From Nitrospirota bacterium (lineage in GTDB: Bacteria > Nitrospirota > Thermodesulfovibrionia > Thermodesulfovibrionales > UBA6898): a DNA stretch of 64,000 bases. Positions 18,542 through 27,783 of this stretch are shown here, piece by piece (positions within the stretch are counted from its first letter, which is position 1; each line of letters starts with the position of its first letter). The notes beneath the pieces are model-generated. The model had not been told where the DNA came from. It worked only from the letters and a program-made list of their open reading frames with translations, and ran no database searches. Where the stretch lies: the NCBI GenBank assembly GCA_024275975.1, contig JAJRYC010000038.1, positions 13,955 to 77,954 of the forward strand, read 5' to 3'. Position numbers and translations under genes: made by a program.

Positions 18542-19279
18542 TCAGCGCGCCGGGGCACTAAATATATTTTCCAGCATTTCCTTCTGTTTAGAGATCAGTT
18601 CCGAGATGCCTTTTCCAGCTAGAGCGATAAGATCATTCAGTTTTTCCGTTGAAAAAGGCTTGCTTTCGGCCGTGCCCTGGATTTCGACCACATCTCCACT
18701 ACCCGTCATGACTATATTCATATCCACCTCGGCGGAAGAATCCTCCTCATAACAGAGGTCAAGCAACACCTCGTTGTTAACTATCCCGACACTTATAGCG
18801 GCAAGGTAGTCCCTGATCGGATTTTTCTCTATAATACCGTTTTTCAGGGCGTATCCCATTGCATCGGCGAGACAGATGAACGCCCCGGTTATCGCCGCCG
18901 TCCTCGTACCCCCATCGGCCTGTATAACGTCGCAGTCCACCCAGAATGTCCTCTGCCCGGTCAGGTTAAGATCGACGACCGACCTTAATGACCGCCCTAT
19001 GATTCTCTGTATTTCATGTGTCCTGCCGCCTACACGGCCGATGGACGATTCTCTTGAAGTTCTGCTCTGTGTGGCCCTGGGAATCATGGAATATTCAGCT
19101 GTTATCCATCCCCTGTTCTGGTCCCGCAGAAAAGGAGGCACTCTATCCTCTATCGAAGCAGTGCAGATGACCCTTGTCCCGCCCAACTCTATGAGTACGG
19201 AGCCCTCCGCGGTGCTGATAAAATCCCTTGTAATTTTGATGTTTCTCATCTCATCGTTTTTTCTGCCGTCGGTCCGCAT
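18542..19279 (-). CDS. rph: Ribonuclease PH
   Basis: [20 protein letters not shown]..., with [19 protein letters not shown]. Confidence 0.95.
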   Translation of the reverse strand: MRTDGRKNDEMRNIKITRDFISTAEGSVLIELGGTRVICTASIEDRVPPFLRDQNRGWITAEYSMIPRATQSRTSRESSIGRVGGRTHEIQRIIGRSLRSVVDLNLTGQRTFWVDCDVIQADGGTRTAAITGAFICLADAMGYALKNGIIEKNPIRDYLAAISVGIVNNEVLLDLCYEEDSSAEVDMNIVMTGSGDVVEIQGTAESKPFSTEKLNDLIALAGKGISELISKQKEMLENIFSAPAR

Positions 19280-19452
19280 AAATATTATACCTCCATCTCC
19301 ATCTCTATTTTTTTTATAAAATCTATCTTCCTGCCCAAAAAATTCTCGCCGACACTAACAAATCTTTCAGTGGAATCCGTCACGTAAAATTTATGGACAG
19401 CATCATCCGGGCCTGTCCTCCTCAGGGACAGTTCATTCAGAACATTTTTTAC

Positions 19453-20124
19453 CTATCCGGCGGTTTCGACCGCAGAGTCGATGAGGGTGACTGTTTCACT
19501 CATGACCTTTGTTATAACATTCTTCAGGAGAGGATAATGAGTGCATCCGAGCACCAGGGTGTCCACGCACTTGTCCCTGATATTATTCAGGTATGTTTCG
19601 GCTATCATTTCGGCTATTCTGCCTTCAGACCATCCTTCTTCAACAAGGGGGACAAAGAGCGGACAGGCCAGGCTGAATACCTCGACATCACCGTCAACCT
19701 CTTTTATCGCCCTGGTATATGAAGAGCTTTTTATGGTGGCTTCAGTGCCTATCACACCGATTTTTTTATTCTTCGAGCATGAAACAGCAGCCCTCGCGCC
19801 GGGCTTTATGACACCCAACACCGGTACGGGCACGGAACGCCTGATAGCGTCCAGACTTACTGACGATGCTGTGTTGCATGCTATAACGAGCAATTTAATA
19901 TCTTCTGAAATTAGGAACCTGGCGTTCTCGAAAGAGTACCGGGTTACTGTTTCCGGAGACCTTATGCCGTAAGGGACCCTTGCCGTATCCCCGAGATAGA
20001 CGGTATTTTCAAAAGGCAGTTCCCTGAATATCTCCTTTAATACAGTCAGACCTCCAATGCCTGAATCGAATATGCCTATCGGCTTTTCTTTTTTATTCAT
20101 CGGAAAGTCTGCTGCTGTCCTCAT
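19453..20124 (-). CDS. murI: Glutamate racemase MurI (ORF stops at in-frame TAG; conserved C-terminus continues in frame to 19285)
   Basis: [13 protein letters not shown], with catalytic-Cys blocks ACNTAS and GCTHYPLL. After TAG 19455-19453, 55 more in-frame codons encode a MurI-like C-terminus. Confidence 0.9.
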   Translation of the reverse strand: MRTAADFPMNKKEKPIGIFDSGIGGLTVLKEIFRELPFENTVYLGDTARVPYGIRSPETVTRYSFENARFLISEDIKLLVIACNTASSVSLDAIRRSVPVPVLGVIKPGARAAVSCSKNKKIGVIGTEATIKSSSYTRAIKEVDGDVEVFSLACPLFVPLVEEGWSEGRIAEMIAETYLNNIRDKCVDTLVLGCTHYPLLKNVITKVMSETVTLIDSAVETAG

Positions 20125-20686
20125 ACGCGGTTATAACCGTACTTTTTAATTTATATTTCAGATAAAAATGGCCGCCGAGAGTCTCTATCTCCTTTCCATC
20201 AACAAGTATCTTGAAATCATTGAAGTCCCGCAGATTTGAAATAAGACTCTCATAAATGCCTTTCAGGATCAGATATTCCGAAAGCGCGTCACCCTGGAAA
20301 TTCCTGCGTAATTCATCCGACAAATCTATATAAAGAATATTTTCATCGTCTTTATACAGGCCGAGAAATTTAACATCCTTCGGTATATTGGTTCCGCGCG
20401 AATCCTCATTTCCCTTGAAAAACTCTTCTATAACAGCCTCTGCCAGGGCAATCTGTTTCGTCCGTTTAGGTATTTTTTTCTCGACCATGCGGAGGCCGTC
20501 TTCATCCGGATAATAAATTCTCAGGTAGGAAAAGTCTTCGAACACCGGGAGGCCGTTTTCAGCAGTTATCACGGCATCCGGCTTTCCACGCGGCTGAAAA
20601 ATCTTATCCCGCATAAAGTACATGGAGATAACGCCGATGGATAAAATCAGCAGCAAAAGCCATATCAGGTTCTTTTTACTTTTCAT
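20093..20686 (-). CDS. GerM/GerMN-domain lipoprotein-like protein
   Basis: N-terminal TM or signal sequence. GerMN-like blocks ([11 protein letters not shown]...AVIEEFFKG...LYIDLSDEL...[14 protein letters not shown]). It sits between the amidase gene and murI. Confidence 0.55.
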   Translation of the reverse strand: MKSKKNLIWLLLLILSIGVISMYFMRDKIFQPRGKPDAVITAENGLPVFEDFSYLRIYYPDEDGLRMVEKKIPKRTKQIALAEAVIEEFFKGNEDSRGTNIPKDVKFLGLYKDDENILYIDLSDELRRNFQGDALSEYLILKGIYESLISNLRDFNDFKILVDGKEIETLGGHFYLKYKLKSTVITAYEDSSRLSDE

Positions 20687-21692
20687 ACGCCGTTATCCCA
20701 TTTTCATAAGCTGCAATACCTTCCATTATCGCCGCTACGAATGCCGCGCGCGTTTTTTTGTTGTATTCATGATATTGCGGAGATGGATATTCTATCAGAA
20801 CGGCCGGTGTGTCCATGGAATTCAGGATCGGGAGGGGCAACTCTTTCAGAACAACATCGACTTCCAGTCCCTTTTTTATGGATTCTCCGATGTTGTAGGC
20901 AAGATCCCTGCTTTTCTCGATATACCTGTTCTGCCTTGAGGACTGCCTGTAGAGCGTAACAATGGCGTCGGCATCCATGTCATTAGTTGATGAAATATAA
21001 ATCCTGCACTTTCCGGTGAAGGATGAATGGATGCTGACAAAAATGTCCGCCCTTTTGCCGTACGAAAATTTTATTCTGCTGTCTATGCTGGAAGCCCTGT
21101 CCACGTTCCGCGTAAAAAATACCTTTTTGCCTTTCCCTGAAAGCGCCCGGCCCAGATCCCGTGCCAGTTTCAGGCTGAGATCCTTCTCTTTTGTTCTGTC
21201 TGAAACAATGCCGTAATCATACCCACCATGTCCCGCGTCTATGGTCAGAGCATCGACAACATTAGTCTTTAAGGCAGGCTGCCCCCCTTTCAGCATCGGG
21301 TTTCCCGAGGAGGTAAGATCAATTACCAGCCTTGGCGGCGTCGAAAGTTTATACACCTTTACATCAGAGATATCTTCCAGATCTATTATCAGGAAACGAC
21401 CCACCTCCATCATATCAAAAAAGAAGCCTTCCTGTTTTTCAAGCAAAAACCTGGAGGGAAATGCTATTTTTATATTGGATAAAGTCGATATAGTGTCTGC
21501 GTTGGCAATAGTATACTTATCGGATTCCAGGACTATCCTTATATTATTTTCATGGCGGCTGAACCTCAGGGATACATTGCTTTTTTCCTCCGCGAACAGG
21601 CTCACCGTTGAAATCAGGCTGATTATAATTATCAAAATTACTTTCTTCACGTTACTATACATTTTCCATATATGAATGAGGTTTTGCAACAT
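20676..21692 (-). CDS. amiC: N-acetylmuramoyl-L-alanine amidase (AMIN domain + Amidase_3)
   Basis: AMIN-like N-terminal domain (LRFSRHENNIRIVLESD...RLVIDL) and catalytic block IDAGHGGYDYG...VSIHSS. The true start may be an internal Met (MYSNVKK). Confidence 0.8.
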   Translation of the reverse strand: MLQNLIHIWKMYSNVKKVILIIIISLISTVSLFAEEKSNVSLRFSRHENNIRIVLESDKYTIANADTISTLSNIKIAFPSRFLLEKQEGFFFDMMEVGRFLIIDLEDISDVKVYKLSTPPRLVIDLTSSGNPMLKGGQPALKTNVVDALTIDAGHGGYDYGIVSDRTKEKDLSLKLARDLGRALSGKGKKVFFTRNVDRASSIDSRIKFSYGKRADIFVSIHSSFTGKCRIYISSTNDMDADAIVTLYRQSSRQNRYIEKSRDLAYNIGESIKKGLEVDVVLKELPLPILNSMDTPAVLIEYPSPQYHEYNKKTRAAFVAAIMEGIAAYENGITAYEK

Positions 21693-22013
21693 ATGGGTAA
21701 TCGGGAATCCAAAACATTATTCAGGATAAAACAATCGCTGGAATACTGGTTGGCAATGGAAAGTACTATTAAATCAGCCGGATACGTAAAAAATCTTCGC
21801 CGGCCGTGACCGTATATTCCTGATCGCACCGACAGTTCCAGGCACCTCAAAATAAAATCCTGCTAAAATGATAAACCATTCGGAATAAAAAGGTATAATT
21901 ACAGAGGAAATATTTATCCAGTGACCCTCCGGATGGATGAGTGGGCGGGCCTTATCACACTGCCAGATCCGATAATAAATTTTATATTTTCGAAAGGAGT
22001 TAATAAACAGGGA

Positions 22014-22721
22014 ATGGAAGATCTCAAAACATCAGAAACATGGCGTGTCTTCAAAATTCAGTCGGAACTTGTTGATGGGTTTGAAACCCTGCATGGCCTC
22101 GGCCCCGCGGTGACCATCTTCGGCAGTTCAAAGCTTATGTCCGGCAACAAATACTATGAGGACGCGGTTACAGTGGCAAAGATGCTTGCAGATGACGGCT
22201 TTGCCATAATTACTGGCGGAGGCCCCGGCATCATGGAAGGCGCAAACAAAGGCGCCAAAAAAGGCAGATCCCAATCTGTCGGTCTTAATATAGATATACC
22301 GGCTGAACAGGCACCGAACATGTACCAGGACATCTCTCTCTCTTTCAGGTATTTTTTTATCAGAAAACTCATGTTCATTAAATATGCCACCGCATATGTA
22401 ATCTTTCCGGGAGGCTTCGGCACAATGGACGAGCTGTTCGATGCCTTAACTCTTTCACAGACCAAAAGAATAGACTCATTCCCCATAATACTATATGGAT
22501 CTGATTACTGGAAGGGACTGATTGACTGGCTGAAAAAAACACTGGTGGCCCAGGGTACAATAAAGAGAGAAGACCTGGCGCTGTTCTCCATGGTCGACAG
22601 CCCGAAAGACGTCCGCTTTCTTGTCAAAGAGCATTTCAGGGTCTTTGGCGGTGTCAAACCCAAACCCAAACCCAAACCCAAACCCAAATACAAATACAAA
22701 AGAATAAAGAAAACGGAATAA
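22014..22721 (+). CDS. LOG-family (TIGR00730-type) nucleotide-binding protein with a KP-repeat tail
   Basis: GGGPGIMEGANKGA and PGGFGTMDELFD motifs. Start placed at MEDLKTSETWRVF; the track ORF opens at GTG 21921. C-terminus KPKPKPKPKPKYKYKRIKKTE. Confidence 0.8.
   Translation: MEDLKTSETWRVFKIQSELVDGFETLHGLGPAVTIFGSSKLMSGNKYYEDAVTVAKMLADDGFAIITGGGPGIMEGANKGAKKGRSQSVGLNIDIPAEQAPNMYQDISLSFRYFFIRKLMFIKYATAYVIFPGGFGTMDELFDALTLSQTKRIDSFPIILYGSDYWKGLIDWLKKTLVAQGTIKREDLALFSMVDSPKDVRFLVKEHFRVFGGVKPKPKPKPKPKYKYKRIKKTE
22656..22697 (+). repeat. Hexanucleotide microsatellite (AAACCC)5(AAATAC)2 inside the LOG gene 3' end
   Basis: Direct reading of the sequence. It encodes the (KP)5(KY)2 tail. Confidence 0.95.
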
Positions 22722-22817
22722 TTCCTGGACCGGCACAATACACTTGCAGGCATATAGAAGCACCCTTTTATTAACGGATGAAAGACATATGGCCGGGAAT
22801 TTAAATCCCGGATGTTC

Positions 22818-24029
22818 TCAGAGCTCAAGCATGCTTTTACCCTTGTTTTCAAGTGAATACCATACAGAGAGATAATCCCTTATCTGTCTGGTTATAAGGA
22901 AATTATTTCTTATATATTCCTTGCCTTCAACGCCCATCCTTTTCGCCATTGCCGGATTTGTAAGGATCTGCCTTATCCTGAATGCCGCCCCTTCAACTGA
23001 ATGGACAAGGAACCCCGTAACACCATGTACGATCTGCAATGGTATTCCACCTGTAGCACCCCCGATTATCGGTTTCCCCTTCCACATGGCTTCCGAGACC
23101 GTAAGACCGAATCCCTCCTTCAGGGATTTCTGAAGAATAACGTCCGCTATTCGCTGCAGTGCGTTTATGTCCTTATCACTAAAAGGCGGCAATAAAAGGA
23201 CATGAATGTCAGGGTCGGAAGCTGCGTGTTCTCTCACTTCCGCTAATACGGCCTCCCCTTCCGGGTCGTCTGTAGCCGGACTTCCCGCAAGGATCAATAT
23301 GCAGTCATTATATCTCTTTACGATTCTGTAAGCTTCAATTACGCCTATGGGATCTTTAAACCTGTCGAATCTCGATACCTGGAGGACTATCGGCCTGTCT
23401 ACGGGTATCCGCAGTCTCTCGATGGTCTCATCAATCTCCTCTTTTGTCAGTTCCCTGTTCTTTTCGCTCAGTGGGTCGATGGAAGGAGGGATAATAAATT
23501 CATCTATAGGCATCGCTTTCGCGAACTTCGCGACGGAGAAGACAGCGGCATCATATTTTTCACAGTATTTCTTGAGATAATCGCAGACTTCCTTGTCCGG
23601 ATTCGCGACATCGATATGGCAGCGCCATATCCACTTTCCGTTTTTCCGGAAGTCGATAAGCGGCACCGGCTGCGGGTCGTGGATTAATACCGCGTCCGCC
23701 TCAAGGTCCAGTCGCTTAAGGTTCCTTCTATTAACCTCGAAATGATACTGCCACATCTCACCTGTGATCTCTTCGGCATTGCCCTGCAGCGCATTATGCA
23801 GTTTTTTGGTTATTTCATAGAATTTTTCGTCACCTTCTAAAACTTCCCATCTCGTTTTCACGCCGAGTTCATTCAGCATGGGTATCATCCTGTGCAATAT
23901 TTCGGCTACTCCGCCCCCTTCACGGGTGGAATTCACATGAAGAAAGGTCCTGCCCTCCAGTTTTTTGCAGATTTTCTGTAAAAGCAGCAGATCACCCTTT
24001 GGGGCCACTCCTATATAATCACTGAGCAT
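22818..24029 (-). CDS. treT: Trehalose synthase TreT-like GT4 glycosyltransferase
   Basis: Blocks recalled from archaeal TreT: FLHVNSTREGGGVAEILH, HNALQG, HDPQP, WRCHID, PPSIDPLSEKN, EGFGLTVSEAMWKGKPIIG. Confidence 0.75.
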   Translation of the reverse strand: MLSDYIGVAPKGDLLLLQKICKKLEGRTFLHVNSTREGGGVAEILHRMIPMLNELGVKTRWEVLEGDEKFYEITKKLHNALQGNAEEITGEMWQYHFEVNRRNLKRLDLEADAVLIHDPQPVPLIDFRKNGKWIWRCHIDVANPDKEVCDYLKKYCEKYDAAVFSVAKFAKAMPIDEFIIPPSIDPLSEKNRELTKEEIDETIERLRIPVDRPIVLQVSRFDRFKDPIGVIEAYRIVKRYNDCILILAGSPATDDPEGEAVLAEVREHAASDPDIHVLLLPPFSDKDINALQRIADVILQKSLKEGFGLTVSEAMWKGKPIIGGATGGIPLQIVHGVTGFLVHSVEGAAFRIRQILTNPAMAKRMGVEGKEYIRNNFLITRQIRDYLSVWYSLENKGKSMLEL

Positions 24030-24742
24030 TATTGTATAACCTCCATTTCCTTCCTGACTTCAGCCTCCACCGCATCCACGATATGCTCTCTTATGCCCTC
24101 TATGCTGTGCATAAAGGGATCAATTGCCTTCAATTTCTCAACAAGTTCATGCTTGCCGAGGACCTGCTCTATCCATAAAGAGAAATCGTCGAACCCGCTT
24201 CCCAGGCGATACCTAGCCTCGTAAAAATGGTAGTATATACATCCAGAATCCACATATTTTATCGCAATCAGGAACTGGGCGAGGTTTTCAACCCTGACGC
24301 CGACGGGAAAAACAACAATTATAGACTCATTGAAATAAAATTCGTCACCGTGGATCGCCTCCCTCGGCTCCGGGAAGCTTTTGAGGTAGTTGTCTATTAT
24401 CTTCAACAGGTTGTTTCTAACACCACTCATCTCTTTGAAGTCATACGGATCCAGGTTTGAGAGCTGCTCTGAAAGCGCCCTTTCCTCCAGGCTCTCCCCG
24501 GCCCAATGGGCAAAGTCATTGGTATATTCGAGAATATGGCCCTTTAAAAAATACTGGTAAGTATGATGAAATATGCATGCATCGCTTGAAGTAGATAAAA
24601 TATCCCTCAGCTCACGCAGACTTTTTGCCTTTTTCCCTGTCGATTTAAGGATACTGACACATTGCCTGAATTCAAAGGCCTTGCTTACTTCTTCGGTAGC
24701 TTCCATGCTCTTCGTGCTTTCCGTAGCTTCTGATTCTTCCAT
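24029..24742 (-). CDS. Conserved hypothetical protein coupled to treT
   Basis: Start at MEESEATE (24742) is preceded by GAGGAGG. Its stop overlaps the treT ATG. I recognise no catalytic motif. It may belong to a DUF family that travels with glycosyltransferases; this is unverified. Confidence 0.5.
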   Translation of the reverse strand: MEESEATESTKSMEATEEVSKAFEFRQCVSILKSTGKKAKSLRELRDILSTSSDACIFHHTYQYFLKGHILEYTNDFAHWAGESLEERALSEQLSNLDPYDFKEMSGVRNNLLKIIDNYLKSFPEPREAIHGDEFYFNESIIVVFPVGVRVENLAQFLIAIKYVDSGCIYYHFYEARYRLGSGFDDFSLWIEQVLGKHELVEKLKAIDPFMHSIEGIREHIVDAVEAEVRKEMEVIQ

Positions 24743-24818
24743 TCCGTCGCCTCCTCGGATAAACTTTTCGGCAAAGCCGCGTATAATTTGCAAATAAAAG
24801 GTTGGTTGAGAAACCGTA

Positions 24819-26078
24819 TTAAATCCTGTCCCCGCTTTTTTCTTCGGCAAGGGCTAAAACCGGTGGGTTTAATGAAGTCAGCCGGGCGTTCATCTCATCT
24901 CTGTATTTTCTGAACCCGGCCATCAATCTTTCCGGCACTGAATCTACACGCGGAGCCTTTATACGATAAGGATTAACGGGTTTATTATTCACTCTCATCT
25001 CGTAATGAAGATGCGGCCCCGTTGCGAGCCCCGTCGCTCCGACTCTGGCGATAATCTGTCCCTGCTTTACCTTTGTCCCTTTTTTAATGCCCTTTCCGAT
25101 CCTCGACAGATGGCCGTAATATGTCTTGTACCCATTGTGATGTTTTACTATGACGAGCTTGCCAAACTGTCCCTTGTATCCGGCGAAAATAACGGTCCCG
25201 TCACCGACCACAGAGACAGGCGTTCCCCTGGGAGCGGAATAGTCAATCCCGTGATGCGGCCTGTTGATCTTTAATATAGGATGAAACCGTCCGTTGGAGA
25301 ACCCGGAACTTATACGCCTGTAATTCAGCGGCGCCTTAAGGAACGCCTTCCTCAAGGATTTCCCCTCCGGATCAAAGTAATCGGCGTCCTCACCGTCCCC
25401 AAACCTGTACGCCCGGTAGATATCGCCATTATTCTGGAATTCCGCGGACAATATATGCCCGTATTTTCTGAACTCGCCATCAAGATACAGACCCTCGACA
25501 ATAACCTTGAACAGATCGCCTTTTCTGAAATCCGTCGTAAAGTCGATATCCCATGCGAATATATCGGAAAGCTCGAGCGCGACCATCAGATTCTCTCTTC
25601 CATCACCAATTGCCGAAACAAGGTTGTCCTCTATTATTCCCGCGATATTGAATATCTTTTTCTCATATTGCACCGGTACCTTTTCGGCGCTAAATCCTGA
25701 TTCCGTCCGGGTAATATTCAGAATTGTGTCGTCATTTATCCAGTAGACAAATGAATTTATCCTGTCATCCGTATCCAGCATTATGCTATATTGTCGGCCG
25801 GGGTATAATTCCCGGAGTCTGTGGACGCCCGCCGATGCCTCCTTTAACCTGAAAAGATCGGCAATGCTGATACCGTATTTTTTGAAAATATCAAAGAGTG
25901 TCTCTCCCTTCTTTATATTGCCCTTAATTTCACGATATTCTTCAGGTGGGGAAGAGGCATCTCCGGCAACGGTCTCTGAAGGCAGGTCTTTCTCTTTTTT
26001 ATGACTACCGTCAAAGCTGGCGCGCAATGTAAAGAATGTTATGATCAGGAAGACGGCAATTATTATCGAATTTCTCAT
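24819..26078 (-). CDS. M23-family peptidoglycan DD-metalloendopeptidase
   Basis: N-terminal TM, LysM/OapA-like segment (KGETLFDIFKKYGISIADLFRL), and M23 motifs HHGIDYSAPRGTPV and GPHLHYEM. Confidence 0.85.
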   Translation of the reverse strand: MRNSIIIAVFLIITFFTLRASFDGSHKKEKDLPSETVAGDASSPPEEYREIKGNIKKGETLFDIFKKYGISIADLFRLKEASAGVHRLRELYPGRQYSIMLDTDDRINSFVYWINDDTILNITRTESGFSAEKVPVQYEKKIFNIAGIIEDNLVSAIGDGRENLMVALELSDIFAWDIDFTTDFRKGDLFKVIVEGLYLDGEFRKYGHILSAEFQNNGDIYRAYRFGDGEDADYFDPEGKSLRKAFLKAPLNYRRISSGFSNGRFHPILKINRPHHGIDYSAPRGTPVSVVGDGTVIFAGYKGQFGKLVIVKHHNGYKTYYGHLSRIGKGIKKGTKVKQGQIIARVGATGLATGPHLHYEMRVNNKPVNPYRIKAPRVDSVPERLMAGFRKYRDEMNARLTSLNPPVLALAEEKSGDRI

Positions 26079-26229
26079 CCAGGCTCCGAATTTATGGTTT
26101 ACAAGTACTTTATTGTATAGTTTATACTTATCATAGTCAATAGGCGGGCAAGCCGCTTTTCATAGTGGTTTTAAAGTATTTTCATAAAATAAACCTTCAG
26201 CTGAATTGTTCCTGGTCTTCCCCCTTACT

Positions 26230-26240
26230 CCCCCCCCCCC
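26230..26240. repeat. Poly-C homopolymer (11 nt) in a divergent intergenic region
   Basis: The sequence reads ...ttactCCCCCCCCCCCtgtc... It lies 137 nt upstream of the GGDEF gene and 152 nt upstream of the M23 gene. Confidence 0.9.
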
Positions 26241-26376
26241 TGTCTTTTTCAGCCTTAAATTTCATTAAATGGAATTTATATTCTATAATATTTTTATATT
26301 CAGCAATAAATTCTTAAATCGGTCATGGGCGGATTAATGAGCTGAACAAAGCTGATTAATCTTTTAACTGGAGAAC

Positions 26377-27783
26377 ATGGATACAACAAAAAGAGATAAA
26401 AAAGAAGCTCCATCCGAATATATCTCACTGGATCTTATTCCCGACCCTCTTGTTATTCTCAGGCAGGATGGAACAGTGTATGATATTAATACGAGCTTCT
26501 CGAATCTATTGGGCACAAAAAAAGGCCATCTGATCGGAAGGAATTTCAAAAAGCTGAAACTTCTTGATCAGCTTGGTGATAAAATAATCCGGAATACAGC
26601 AAAGAACGTGGAAGATTTTGATCGGATTACCTTCAATAACAAACACTTCGAGGTTTTCATCCTTCCGTTCAGGACCAAAGACAATTCATCCCTGATTCGT
26701 ATTATTTTAAAAGACATAAGCAATTTCATACGGCTTGAAAAGGAATTACTGAAGAGAAACAAAGAACTTATTATAACCAACACCCTTTCCAGCGTTTTTA
26801 TCTCAACGGAAAATATGGACCTCGTGCTTGAAGACCTGCTCGAAAAAGTCCTCCTGATTACGGATTTTCATACCGGATGGATTCTGCTTAAAGAGGATTT
26901 AAAGTTCAGGCTGAAGTCCAGCAGGGGGATATCACATGAATTGCAGAAAAATATCCAGGAGGGCGCATTGGAATCGTTTTGCAATGACACGTTAAGACTC
27001 GGGGAGCCTTTATATGTCGCGGAGCCTTCCGAAATTTCCAGAACAAGCGTTTTTCATGAAGATGGCATTGTCTTTCTGGTTGCAATACCGTTGACATACG
27101 AAAAAATCCCGACCGGCTTTCTTTTCCTTGCAAGCAGAGTCGCAAAAGATTTTGATTTCGATTTTGCGGCATTATTGTCCCTTGTCGGGAATCATGTCTC
27201 AAACATAATAGACAAAATAAGACTGTTTCTGGAGACTAAACGTTTTGCTATAACGGACAGTCTTACCAATCTCTACAATCCCCGTTACTTCTATGAGTGC
27301 CTTGACCTGGAAATCGCCCGAACAAACAGATACGGAAAGTCTTTTTCTCTTATACTTTTCGATATAGACAATTTCAAAAGAATCAATGATACTTACGGCC
27401 ATCCGGCTGGGGACCAGGTTCTCCGGGGACTGTCCAATATTCTGAAATCAATATCAAGAGAGACGGACATCGTAGTAAGATATGGGGGTGAGGAATTCAT
27501 AATAATCCTCCCGAATACATATGAAGAAGAAACTATCCTGCTCGCCGAAAGAATAATAGATATTGTCCATAAAACAACTTTTATGGTTTATGAGACGACC
27601 GGCGTCAAGGTTACACTCAGCGGGGGCATAGCCTCATATCCGCAAAATGCTTCCGATGCCAAAAACCTGCTTTGCGCGGCCGACACGGCGCTTTATTCCG
27701 CGAAGGCAGCAGGGAAAAATCAGATATTCTGTTTTAAGGGAAAGATGGATGAGAAAAATTTTCAGAAGACCCAGGAGTCTTAA
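26377..27783 (+). CDS. PAS-GAF-GGDEF diguanylate cyclase
   Basis: GGEEF active site (RYGGEEF). RxxD I-site five residues upstream (RETD). N-terminal PAS-like and central GAF-like regions. Confidence 0.9.
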   Translation: MDTTKRDKKEAPSEYISLDLIPDPLVILRQDGTVYDINTSFSNLLGTKKGHLIGRNFKKLKLLDQLGDKIIRNTAKNVEDFDRITFNNKHFEVFILPFRTKDNSSLIRIILKDISNFIRLEKELLKRNKELIITNTLSSVFISTENMDLVLEDLLEKVLLITDFHTGWILLKEDLKFRLKSSRGISHELQKNIQEGALESFCNDTLRLGEPLYVAEPSEISRTSVFHEDGIVFLVAIPLTYEKIPTGFLFLASRVAKDFDFDFAALLSLVGNHVSNIIDKIRLFLETKRFAITDSLTNLYNPRYFYECLDLEIARTNRYGKSFSLILFDIDNFKRINDTYGHPAGDQVLRGLSNILKSISRETDIVVRYGGEEFIIILPNTYEEETILLAERIIDIVHKTTFMVYETTGVKVTLSGGIASYPQNASDAKNLLCAADTALYSAKAAGKNQIFCFKGKMDEKNFQKTQES

